NCBI RefSeq assembly: GCF_001447785.1
Contig: NW_015170304.1
Location: forward strand, 438,702 to 502,701
Reading direction: 5' to 3'
DNA length: 64,000 nucleotides
Origin: Gekko japonicus
Lineage: Eukaryota
In this document: positions 1-10,670 of the stretch, piece after piece
Position numbering within the stretch: the stretch's first letter is position 1
Layout of the letters: every line of letters starts with the position of its first letter
Position numbers and translations under genes: made by a program
Notes under the pieces: generated by a model
What the model saw: the letters and a program-made list of their open reading frames with translations, nothing else
Database searches by the model: none
What the model was told of the DNA's origin: nothing

Positions 1-131
1 TGTTCTCTCCCTCATGGGGAAAGGACAAAGTATCCTAAAATGCCATTGAGCTTGGCTCCTCCACCTCTCCTCTCCCTTATAGGGAGGTCTAAAAATCAAA
101 TAAATAAATATAGACTTTTTCCCCAGGACAT

Positions 132-398
132 GTTTGGTGTTGTGGTTAAATGCATGGAATCTAATCTGGGAGAACTGGGTTTGATTCCCCACTCCTCCAC
201 TTGCAGCTGTTGGATGACCTTGGCCAAGCCATAGTTCTGCCAGAGCTGTTCTTGAAAGACCAATTCTCGAAAGAGCTCTCTCAGCCCCACCCACCTCACT
301 GGGTGTCTGTTGTGGGGAGGGGAAAGGAAAGGAGTTTGTAAGCTGCTCTGAGACTTTGAGTGAAGGGCGGGGTATAAATCCAATCTCCTCTCCTCCTC
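132..398 (+). mobile_element. tRNA-derived squamate SINE (Squam3-like)
   Basis: tRNA-like head (GGTGT..TGGTTAA / GGTTTGATTCCCC), body CCTCAC.GGGTGTCTGTTGTGGGGAGG, tail GGGCGGGGTATAAATCCAATCTC; at least six near-identical copies in the window. Confidence 0.85.
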
Positions 399-469
399 AC
401 CAGTCTACTTTCAAAGGGTCCCCTGAGCCTTAGGAGCAGCCTGGGAAGGGTACAGGCCGCTTCAGCAGG

Positions 470-842
470 NNNNNNNNNNNNNNNNNNNNNNNNNNNNNNN
501 NNNNNNNNNNNNNNNNNNNNNNNNNNNNNNNNNNNNNNNNNNNNNNNNNNNNNNNNNNNNNNNNNNNNNNNNNNNNNNNNNNNNNNNNNNNNNNNNNNNN
601 NNNNNNNNNNNNNNNNNNNNNNNNNNNNNNNNNNNNNNNNNNNNNNNNNNNNNNNNNNNNNNNNNNNNNNNNNNNNNNNNNNNNNNNNNNNNNNNNNNNN
701 NNNNNNNNNNNNNNNNNNNNNNNNNNNNNNNNNNNNNNNNNNNNNNNNNNNNNNNNNNNNNNNNNNNNNNNNNNNNNNNNNNNNNNNNNNNNNNNNNNNN
801 NNNNNNNNNNNNNNNNNNNNNNNNNNNNNNNNNNNNNNNNNN
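470..842. other. assembly gap (N run)
   Basis: Continuous Ns. Confidence 1.
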
Positions 843-1774
843 CCCGCTGTACATTCTCCCTTTAGAGGCCTCTGTAAAACTATGTTGTGGGTTATATTCA
901 TTATCTTTCCCCCTAAACCAAAGTGCACTCTTTGCAAGATTTTAAATGCAATAAACCAATACCTGTTTCTCCCATGATCCAGAGGCTGGAACTCAACATT
1001 CTATCCCCAGGCTCTCTGCTTATTGTTGAAAAATGATCTCTGAATCTTGTGGCATGTGAATCGCCTTTAAAACTTAACAGATTCTGCTCACAGTGTTTGG
1101 CCTGGGGGCTTGGATACAGTGTAGCCAAATAATCTTGTCTGCTTTGCTACCAGAGGGTGATGAAATAAATTCTTCTCTAGCCTTCAAAATTATATAAAGC
1201 CAAGCAGGTTGGCAGGATTGAATGCATTTTTGCACGCTTCCTTTGCAATGCAAAAGTTCTCAGCAAACGCTTGAAGTAGAACAAACTCAGTAGGACATTC
1301 ACAGTCAGGCTGTTTCTACACAAAGCTCTGTGGTTTGCTAAACAACTACATGCCAGTCAGTTAAGTCAAACATTGTGTGTTTGCATTTTCCAGCAGTTTG
1401 GCAGGTTCACAGCAATACTGCAGTTATACCAGTTCAGACAATAAGAAGCTGCCTTATACTGAGTCAGATCATTGGCCCGTACAGCCAGTTTGCTGTTTTC
1501 ATGTGCAGAATGCAGAAGAAGGTAGATCCAGTCCAGTTCAGTTTATTTCGGTGTGTAACCAGCACAAATCAGTTATAAACACAGTTGGATACTATACACA
1601 GCCATTAAATTGGAGATAATTAGACAACAACTTTAAAATACAAGTAATTTTTTTTAAAAAGACAGAATTTTTATACTTTCAAAAATTAAGAACTTCAAAA
1701 GGCTCAGTGCATTGGCCCCAACCCCATATGGCCTGCCACTATCAGTGGCAATGAATTATGTACATACATGCCAT

Positions 1775-1953
1775 CGAGTTGCAACCGGCTTATGGCTACC
1801 CCATCAAGGGCTTTCTAGGCAAGTGAGAAGCAGAGGTGGTTTGCCATTGCCTTGCTCAGCAGAGCCTTCCTTGGCGGTCCCCCCTCCCAGTACTGACCCT
1901 GCTTAGCTTCTGAGATGGGATGAGATCAGGCTGTACCATGCCACTTTCCCTCC
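1775..1953 (-). mobile_element. 5S rRNA-derived SINE, decayed
   Basis: Minus strand CCTGATCTCATCCCATCTCAGAAGCTAAGCAGGGTCAGTACTGGGAGGGGGGACCGCC matches the 5S rRNA A-box/C-box region. Confidence 0.7.
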
Positions 1954-2056
1954 AGGCAATTAATTAGTTAAATTCAACATCTGTATTATGTTGACGTGCT
2001 TATTTGTCTTTGTAAAGGGAAAGAGAAACTGGATAATCTCGCCCCCTCCGCGGCGA

Positions 2057-2575
2057 CAGACGCCAAGGTGCACGGAATGCTGTTACCTTCCCACTGAAGC
2101 AGTACCTATTTATCTACTTGCAGTTTCTTGTTTTCAAACTGCTAGGTTGGCAGGAGCTGGGGCCAGAGACAGGAGCTCACTCCATCATGCTGCACTCGGG
2201 TCTCAAAGAAGTAGAAGAAGAGATTGGATTTATACCCCGCCCTTCACTACCCAATAGTGTCTCAAAGTGGCTTAGAAACTCCTTTCCCTTCCCCTCCCCA
2301 CAACAGACACCCTGTGAGGTAGGTGGGGCTGTGAGAGCTCTGACAGAAACTGCTCTTTTTCAAGAACAGCTCTTATCAGAGCTATGGCTTGCCCAAGGTC
2401 ATCCAGCCAGGTGCAAGTGGAGGAGTGGGGAATCAAACCGGGTTCTCCCAGATTAGAGTCCACGTACTTAACCACTACACCAAACTGGCTCTCAAACCAA
2501 ACTGGCTCTCACACCAAACTACCGACCTTCCAATCTGCAGTTCACCGTCTTAACCACTTGAGCCACTGCAGCCCC
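2057..2575 (-). mobile_element. Sauria-like SINE interrupted by a Squam3-like SINE
   Basis: 2057-2205 and 2515-2575 align with the Sauria-like copy at 28593-28890 (CCTATTTATCTACTTGCA...CAAACTGCTAGGTTGGCAGGAGC...GGAGCTCACTCC). Confidence 0.7.
2206..2493 (-). mobile_element. Squam3-like SINE
   Basis: Reverse complement of the copies at 10386 and 41062. Confidence 0.85.
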
Positions 2576-2694
2576 TAAGAGCATATTACTTAATTCCAAA
2601 TCCGGGAGACCAGAAAATCTCTCCAGTATAGGCTGGATGTACTTAGTACATATTACTTGATAGAAGGTAGATCCTACGCCAAACGACTAGAAAA

Positions 2695-2913
2695 TAGGGC
2701 TGCCAGTTTCCAGGTGGGGCCTGGGGTTTTCCTGGAATTACAGGTGATCACAAACCTACAAAGATCTGTTTCCCTGGAGAAAATGGCATCTTCAGAAGGT
2801 GAACTCTGTGGCATCCGGTCCCCGCTGAACTCCCTCTTCTTCCCAGATTCCACCTTCCCAGGGCTCTGCCCCCAAATCTCCAGGAATTTCCCATTGAAGA
2901 GTTGACAAACCTA
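2695..2913 (-). mobile_element. hAT (Blackjack-like) MITE
   Basis: TAGGGCTGCCA...TTGACAAACCTA termini, degenerate 8-bp TSD CTAGAAAA/CAGGAAAA; same family as 9873, 14643, 22031. Confidence 0.7.
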
Positions 2914-3986
2914 CAGGAAAAGGCTGGAATGAGGTGTTCTCATTATCTGACCAAATACATTTTGCCCTATTTTTTGGAATGCTTCCCCCCACACACACAA
3001 GATCAGTCTTGCCAAGTGGCACACAGGCCCTTGGTAGCTACCACCAGAGTGGATTCTAAATAGGAATGAGACCAAATGTTGCAAGCTTGCTGTTTGATCC
3101 AGATTTCCCTGTTTCAATGTCACTTCTTCATTGTGAAAAACAAACCCATTAATCATTGTTTTTTCCCCAATGTTTGTTTCCTTGGGCTGAATTTCCACCC
3201 ACTTTTCACCATTATTTATGTAACATTTTCATCTAAATGGCATCTAAATGGCAAAATAATGATGATAATGTCTAAATTGTATTTAAAAACCCATAAAAGA
3301 ATAATCAAAAACAGCCATGAAAAGAGAGTAGACCAAAACCAATGACAATGGCAACATATGGAATAAAAATGAAAGAAAAATGGCTGTTATCAGCTCATCA
3401 TTAATTCTAACATCCAATTTGCAAGTACAACTGGATGGTCTCTTTTAGGGGTTCTAGGACTATATACCCTGATTGGCGATGGTAGACCAGAGGTGTCAAA
3501 CTCATTTGTTATGAGGGTCGGATCTGACACAAATGTTACTTTGTTGGGCCAGGCCATGTGTACCACCAGAGATATAAACTTTATAAAGATGATTTCAGAT
3601 CCCAAATGGCTTGTTTGGATTAGGTGTGATATACCTAATCCATTGGTAATGAGACAGGAAACCTAGATCTCAGTTTGGTCCAGGAGGATTCAGTCCAGGA
3701 GGATGAGAAGTAATCATTTAAGATGGAATGCTTCATAATAATTATTTAAGTCTGGAACTCCCCATCCAAGTTCTGACTTATGGCTGTACACTATCCTTTT
3801 ATGAAACCTACATTTTTTATTGCCAAATATCCATTCTTTTAGTGATCTGTTCCATTGTTTCATTTTATTTTCCTTTGAACCATTGGTAATGTTTGAAATA
3901 GGTACATTATTTTAGGTACCCAAAACATTTTAACACTTCTGATTTTAGAGGATATCCCTAATGTTTTATCTTTCCATCTTCTCATA

Positions 3987-4938
3987 TCTATATATCTAAT
4001 AGCCAAGTTGCCCCCTCTGTGTGGATACCTAAATCCACACAACGGGGGCACTTGGGGGGCAGAGAGATTTTCCTGCACATTAGGGGGAATCCCCAGATGT
4101 GCAGAAAAATCTGAAAAGTTTAAAAAAATATATGGGGGATACTTAAATCCCCCCAAAAGGTAAAAGAGTGTTCCCTGCGCATGTGCAGGGAACGCACTTA
4201 CCTCAGGGATCTGTGGCAGAGCTGTTGGTGCTGGCAGCGGCAAGGGGGAGCCTTGGCGGGCCGGCAGCTAGAAGCCATGGCCATTGCTGCTGCTGTTGGC
4301 GGTGGCAGCAGTGGGGGAAAGTCTGGTGGGGGTGGTGGCCTGGCGGCTTGGAGCCATGCAGGGCTCGCCGGTGTTACCGTTGTGGGCAGCGGCAGCAGGG
4401 AAGAGCCTGGCGGGCCTGACAGCTCGGAGCCATGCAGGGCTCGCCAGTGCTTCTGTTGTGGGCTACGGCAGCGGCGGCGGGGAGAAGGCTTGGCAGCTCG
4501 GAGGGAAGGAATGAGGGAGCCGATCCAATGTGGAAAGGGAGCCTCAACCCGCGCCAACGCGATCCTGTTGTCTGCAGAACTGGGGTTTGGGGCCACCACA
4601 GGGGCCCGATTCCGCTTGCACCTGCCGCACGCATTAGTCGAGCCCTTTCAGCCATTTCTCCAGGCACCATCCAGCCACGGTGAAACACTTAAAAGTCCCA
4701 CGGAAGTCAACAGGAAAGAATTAAACTCGCGCCTTAACTTTTTCTACAGGGCTTCGTTTTAAACTGCCATGAAAGTATCTACATTTTCATTACAAATCCC
4801 TAGATTGGGAGCTCTCTGCCCTGAGCAGAAACTTCCTAAGGCTGCAGTCCTTTGCAAATTAGTGGGGAGAAGCCTTGGCAGCTTGGGAGCCGCGGGAAAT
4901 ACTCCCCCCCGCGCGAGTATCGCGGGTCCCGCTTCTTG
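3987..4938 (+). mobile_element. non-autonomous Helitron, long copy (952 bp)
   Basis: 5' TCTATATATCTAATAG, 3' GC-rich hairpin (CGCGAGTATCGCG core) then CTTG; sits between host A3986 and T4939 with no TSD; removing it restores the local L1 reading frame (KIEKD-MRRWK). Confidence 0.85.
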
Positions 4939-6022
4939 TCCTTCTCTATTTTCTTCCATATTTTGTCATAATTGTCCTTTATCATCTTATCCAAAAATTT
5001 TGTATTACTATACCTAAATATTTAAATTTCTTTACTCCTAACCCTATATTTGTACTTCTATTTATTTCCTTCTTTTCTTCTCTACTTACATTTAAATATA
5101 TATTTTCTGATTTTGTCATATTGACGCTTAACCCTGAGCATTTTTCGAAATCCTCTAAAATAATCTTTACTACTTTTACTCCTTCTTTTGGGTTTGTCAT
5201 AATAATTATGTCATCTGCAAATAAATTTATTTTCATTTCCGCCTTACCTATCTTATAACTTTCTATTCTTCCCGAATTTCTGATCCGTTCCGCTAACTGT
5301 TCTCTTGCCATTATAAAAAGCAACGGTGATAATGGGCACCCTTGCCGTAACCCTCTTTGTATAGGAAATGCTTGTGAGTGCTCATTATTTACTCTTACTA
5401 TTGCCTTCCCTTCTTTATAGATTTCCTGTATTGCCTCTAGGAATTCCTTTTCGATTCCCACTTTACTCACTATTTGCCAGAAGTATTCATGAGATAGGGT
5501 ATCAAAGGCTTCGTAGACATCTAGTTTTAATAGACCTATTTTCTTCTTGTGACCATGGTATAAAACATTTAGAATATTTCTTATAGGATGGGTTATGCTT
5601 CTACCTTTTACGAACCCATATTGATCTCCTTTTATTATAGATGGGATAACCTTCTTTAATCTGTTGGCCATTATTTTAGCAAAGATCTTATAGTCTTGGT
5701 TTAGGAGACTTATGGGTCTATATGATCCTACTTCTTTAGGGTCTTTCTGAGGTTTAAGGATGAGTATTATTTCCGTCTTCCTCCAAGAGTCCGGAGCACT
5801 TTTGCCTTTCAGAACTTCATTGAACAATACCTGAAGTTCCGGTACTAAAATGTCCTTCATTTCTTTGTAAAATTCACCCATGAAGCCATCTAGACCTGGT
5901 GATTTACCCCCTTTTAGTTCTATTATTACTTCCCTTATTTCTTGGGCTGTAATTTCGTCCTTTAATTTCCCTCTCTCTGTTTCTTCTATTGTTTGGCTGA
6001 TTTCCTCCTGAAAGTCTACTGT

Positions 6023-6540
6023 GGCCCCAGCCACACGGCCAGGAAAATGTGGGGGGGAAGCGTGGCTGTTTGCCCCGGGGCAAAATACCACACTGCTGCG
6101 GGATCAGACGTCCGGTTGAGGTCCCGTCAAGGTCCCGTGACCAGGGGGGAGGTGCCGATCACACCACAGGCAAAGAAGTGGGGCGGGGTGGCAAACAGGG
6201 TTGTTGTTGTTTTTTACTTTTTAAAACTGAAGTGTGCACATGCTCCGTTGGGTGCTTGTGCGCATCCATAGAGCCTTGGGGAAAAAATGACCTGTTTGCG
6301 AGGGGACATGGGCGGGTGCCGGATGCCACCGGAAACGCGATCAGACACCCGCCCTTGCCCCGCGGTTTCCGGAAACTAATACCTCTGAGGTACTAGTTTT
6401 TTGCCGCGCATCTTCGGAGGGAAGCCTCGGTTGAGCCACGGGAGCTTTACACTTCCCAGAAGTGGTGGTGAGATCGCGCCCGGAAAATCCGCCTATCTTC
6501 CGTCTCTCCAGCTTGGCTACTGTTCCGTGTGACCGCAGCC
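6023..6540. mobile_element. PIF/Harbinger-like MITE inside the L1 ORF2
   Basis: Imperfect TIRs GGCCCCAGCCACACGG / CCGTGTGACCGCAGCC; 3-bp TSD TGT/TGC; removal rejoins the L1 frame (LYKKKN-x-VDFQEE). Confidence 0.7.
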
Positions 6541-6737
6541 TGCATTCTTCTTTTTATACAGGTTTTTGTAAATGTTCTCAAAAGCCTCTGTAATTTCCTT
6601 AGGGTTTTGTGTTAATTTCTTATTATGTATTATGCATTTAACACTTTGCTTTACTCTTTTAATCTTCAGATAGTTTGCCAATCTTTTTGCTGTATTAATA
6701 CTATTCCTCTGAAATTCATTCTTTACCAATAATTTCT

Positions 6738-6808
6738 TTCAGAGCTTTTCTCTCAAGAGCAGTTCTCTCAAGAGCCCTCTCAGCCCCCCCTCCCCACAGG
6801 GTGTCTGT
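6738..6808 (+). mobile_element. internal fragment of a Squam3-like SINE
   Basis: AGAGCAGTTCTCTCAAGAGCCCTCTCAGCCCC...CACAGGGTGTCTGTT, cut off by the poly(T) of L1-B. Confidence 0.7.
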
Positions 6809-8375
6809 TTTTTTTTTTTTTTTGGTAAACAAATTTTATTTTCTCAGGAATACAACATATAAAACATTTCATTCTATCAATTGTCTACCCCATTCCCAGT
6901 TCCTCCCCTCCCTCCAATGGCTTCCCACAATGCTTCCACCCCTGCTCCAAATTACTTCATATCATCAACAATATCAGTTTTTCATCATTACAATCTAAAG
7001 ATAACATCGTTTGACTTAATATTGATCTAAACATATTAAGTTTTGTTTCACATCCCAGTTCTTTTCCAGATAAATTTTAAAGTCATTCCATTCTCCAAAA
7101 AACTCATCGTCTTCTTTGTTATTCAGTTTTTTTGTAATCTTATCCATTTGTGCCATGAACAGAACTTTTTGTATCCATTCTTCAACCTCTGGTACCTTTT
7201 CTGTCTTCCAAAACTGAGCATAAATCATTCTCGCTGTCACTATCAGGTACCAGAGTAAAGTTTTTTTAGTCGTATTGACTTCTTCCATTTTGAGTCCCAA
7301 AAGCAGAATTTCCGGTGCTTTTTTAAAAGAACATTTCAGTATTTTTTGCATTTCATTGTGGACTTTTGTCCAAAAGTCTACAGCTTTCTCACAAGTCCAC
7401 CACATATGATAAAATGAGCCCTCATGCCTCTTACATTTCCAGCATTTGTTTGACATATTTTGATTCATATTTGCAATCTTCTTAGGTGTCATGTACCACC
7501 TATACATCATCTTATAACAATTTTCTTTAACATTAGTACATGTCGAGATCTTAATAGAGTTTTTCCACAAATATTCCCAAGTTTCCATATCTACTTCCTT
7601 ATTCATATTAATAGCCCATTTTAACATTTGTTCTTTAACAGTTTCATCTTCAGTATACCATTTTAACAACACCTTATACATTTTAGAAATATTTTTTCCT
7701 CCTCCACTCTCCCATACCTTTTCAATTTCATTTTTTTCCTCTCTAAAACCATAGTTTTTTTTGTCTGATCTAAAAAGATCATAAATCTGCATATATTTCA
7801 ACCACTCATATTCATATTCAATTTCATTCTGCTTTTTCATTACCCACTCTGTTCCCTCTTTTTTAATTAAATCTCTATATGGCAACCAGTCTCTACCTCG
7901 CTGTCTTGAGTAAGATATCAACACTTCTACTGGTACAATCCACAATGGTCTTAAGTCACTCTGGTACTTCTTATATCTTGTCCATACCATATACAAAGCT
8001 TTTCTCACCAAGTGAAGTTTAAAAAAACTGTCCATTTTTATCTTGTCATACCATAAATATGCATGCCAGCCAAATCTACAATCATGCCCTTCCAACCCCA
8101 ACAATCTGTCATTTTCAAGCTTCACCCATTGATCCATCCATGTTAGACAAACCGCTTCATAATATAGTCTAAGATTTGGCATTTGTAGACCTCCTCTTTC
8201 TTTGGCATCACAAAGTATTTTCATTTTGATCCTTGGTTTCTTGCCTGCCCAAACAAATTTTGACAACTCTTGTTGCCACTTGGCCAACAAATCCGTTTTA
8301 TGCAGAATTGGTATTGTTTGGAACAGGAACATCAAACGTGGTAGGACATTCATTTTTATAACTGATATTCTTCCC
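6808..8375 (-). mobile_element. young 5'-truncated L1 (L1-B): ORF2 C-terminus, 3'UTR, poly(A)
   Basis: Uninterrupted GRISVIKMNVLP...GGLQMPNLRLYYEA...CWKC-x8-HMWWTC (zinc knuckle) to the stop at 7016; AATAAA (TTTATT 6835-6840) and poly(A) (T run from 6808). Confidence 0.9.
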
Positions 8376-9072
8376 TGTTTTTTCTTCTTTATGGTCTCTT
8401 GGCAGTAGTCTTCCCTCACCCAGACCTTTTCCCCCCTAAAGCTCAAATCTGGTTTCTTTTTTAATGCTTTATAAACTTCTTGTTGCAATTTTTCCCTACT
8501 GAATTTAACAATCACATCCCTGGGGCTTCCTCCTCCTCCTCCTCCTCTTCTTCTCTGTAGTCTGTGGGCTCTCTCTATTTCTTCTGGCTTAACTGTTACT
8601 CCATTTTCATCTATCCATGTCCTCAGGGTTTCTTCCAAAGACTTGAATCCTACATCTTCCGTGATCCCTGCCAGAATTAAATTGGCTCTTCTATTTCAGT
8701 AAACTGGTTGGTTAATTGGTCAATCTTTTGTTTATTTTTCTGGGCCTGCTCTTTGGCAGAGGTTGCAGTATATTTTATTGTACTAATTTCCTCTGCCATC
8801 TCCATTACTTTCTCCTTAACTGCTTTAATCTCCTCTCCCATTTTCTCCTGGGAAGCTAACACCCTCTTCTCAAGGTCAGCCAGCTGCTCTGATAACTTTC
8901 GAATGTTTTTCGCCATTTTCCCGGTCCTGGGCATTCCCTCTTTAGGGAGTAATAAACTATTACTATCTTACCACACTTGAAGCTCAAGCTCTAAATTTTC
9001 TGCTTCGTCTGTTTATCCTATGCTGACGCTGCCCCCCCCCCCATAGATAGGACTATTCACATTATTTTGAGC
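8376..9072 (-). mobile_element. L1 5' region and ORF1 (coiled coil plus RRM/CTD), disrupted
   Basis: ORF 8677-8934 is a heptad-rich coiled coil; 8376-8638 carries IERAHRL...PRDVIVKF...VWVREDY, typical of L1 ORF1p. Confidence 0.8.
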
Positions 9073-9872
9073 TATAAAGATAATAATTCCTCTGAGGGGT
9101 CCGGGCTTGCTGCCGGCTTAATCAGCGCATGCGTGCATCTCCTTTCCTTCCCCTTCCCTCCCAAAGGATGAGTGGGATGGGAAGGGAGGCTTGGCTTTCT
9201 TCTCTCCTCTGCAAAACAAAGCAGGAGAGGAGAGAGCTGGGCAAAAGCAAGCTGCAATGCAGGAATAAGGAAGCAGGAACAGGAAGTAGGAAGCAGAAAA
9301 GAGCCAGCTGCCTGTTGGCCGGATAGGAGCCCTACAGGGGTCAGTTCCGGCCCGAAGGCTACATGTTTGACACCCCTGTGGTAGTCGTTTGAGGATGCTT
9401 AGCTGCTGCTGAACAATGTGTGGTGAAAGGTCTGCAGGCTTGTTGGATTTAAACCAAGAGAATCAGATAATCTAGTTCCATTTAGAAGGCTAAATAATTT
9501 AATTTGTCACATGCCCCAAATGAAGAAATTGTTTTTACAAGTGTAAACAGAGCCAAGTAGCAGTACAAAATACTCAATAGTACTACGGAGAATGCTCCTG
9601 ATTGCTTCTGATAGTCTCTGCCCCCTTCCTAACCTGCAAAATGAGGCCACCAGCCAGCCGGTCACCTGACTGGCTGTTGGCTAGTACTATTCCCCACCTT
9701 GCCCACCAGTTCACTCTTCAATGCATTTTATGACCCTTGCAAGTGGCAGCCAGTGACCTGAGCTGGTAGGCAAAGGCAGAACACAATTATGAGTTTCCTT
9801 CCCTGGATATTATTTGATTTGATGTAGTTACTTGAAATGGTTCTATGATGCCTGCTTATGGTAGCTCATAGT

Positions 9873-10066
9873 TAGGGTTGCCAGCTCTGGATTGGAAAAT
9901 ACCTGGAGATTTGTGGGGTGGAGCTTGAGGAAGACAGGGTTTGAGGAGGGGAGGGATTTCAATGGGGTAAATGCCGTAGAATCCACCTTTCCAAAGTGGC
10001 CATTTTATCCAAATCAGCTGTAATTCCAGAAGATTTCCAGCTACTACCTGGAGGTTGGCAACCCTA
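9873..10066 (+). mobile_element. hAT (Blackjack-like) MITE
   Basis: TAGGGTTGCCA ... TGGCAACCCTA perfect 11-bp TIR. Confidence 0.8.
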
Positions 10067-10266
10067 CATCATAGTACCACAGTATAAAAATAGTGAAGAA
10101 CCAAAAGAGCATCAGCAGCTCACAAACATTAAACAACAAGACAATCTGTTTTCAAAGGCCTGGGGAAATAGAATTGTTTTCCCCCAGCAGCTAGATGTCT
10201 CCAGGTGAAGGAATATGAGGCCTGAGTTCCATAGACAAGACAGCCCCTGTCTCTGGGAGACATAAC

Positions 10267-10322
10267 AGCAGCCACAGCAGCCACAGCAGCCACAGCAGCC
10301 ACAGCAGCCACAGCAGCCACAG
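10267..10322 (+). repeat. 9-bp tandem repeat (CAGCAGCCA) x6
   Basis: Direct reading. Confidence 0.95.
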
Positions 10323-10385
10323 GTCTCCTAAAATATCATCAGGCCTAATGGGACATGCCAAGGACTAAACTTGCCATGTCCGGCT

Positions 10386-10670
10386 CCAGTTTGGTGTAGT
10401 GGTTAAGTGCGCAGACTCTAATCTGGGAGAACCGGGTTTGATTCCCCACTCCTCCACTTGCACCTGGTTGGATGACCTTGGGCAAGCCATAGTTCTGATA
10501 AGAGCTGTTATTGAAAAAGAGCAGTTTCTGTCAGAGCTCTCTCAGCCCCATCTACCTCACAGGGTGTCTGTTGTGGGGAGGGGAATGGAAAGGAGTTTGT
10601 AAGCCGCTCTGAGACACCTTTGGGTAGTGAAGGGCGGGGTATAAATCCAATCTCTTCTTCTTCTTCTTCT
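10386..10670 (+). mobile_element. Squam3-like SINE
   Basis: tRNA head, family body, (TTC)n tail. Confidence 0.9.

Larger units (their letters stand above)
3710..6735 (-). mobile_element. L1/Tx1-clade LINE ORF2 (reverse transcriptase) fragment L1-A, interrupted twice
   Basis: ORF 4982-6091 has KSPGLDGF, YRPISLLNQDYKI, GLRQGCPLSPLLF, FADD and KYLG motifs; continues in 3710-3986 (KMFWVPKIMYLFQTLP, WGVPDLNNYYEA) and 6541-6729. Confidence 0.9.
3488..9378. mobile_element. hAT (Charlie-like) MITE split by about 5.5 kb of nested insertions
   Basis: TIRs CAGAGGTGTCAAAC (3488) and GTTTGACACCCCTG (ends 9378); 8-bp TSD TGGTAGAC (3480-3487) / TGGTAGTC (9379-9386). Confidence 0.75.

Noticed and set aside
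296-937. Long ORFs spanning 296-937 and 18368-18619
   Set aside because: Artefacts of N gaps translated as X.
4168-4762. Overlapping Gly/Ala/Pro-rich ORFs on both strands
   Set aside because: GC-rich tandem cargo of the Helitron; no domain, no splice structure, open in many frames because of composition.
7016-8638. 540-aa ORF as a host gene
   Set aside because: Entirely L1 ORF1 and ORF2 sequence with an L1 3'UTR and poly(A); no evidence of domestication.
10267-10322. CRISPR-like array or coding AAV repeat
   Set aside because: Simple 9-bp tandem repeat with no spacers, in vertebrate DNA.
10386-10455. tRNA genes at the SINE heads
   Set aside because: Always followed by the same SINE body and tail; no complete cloverleaf.
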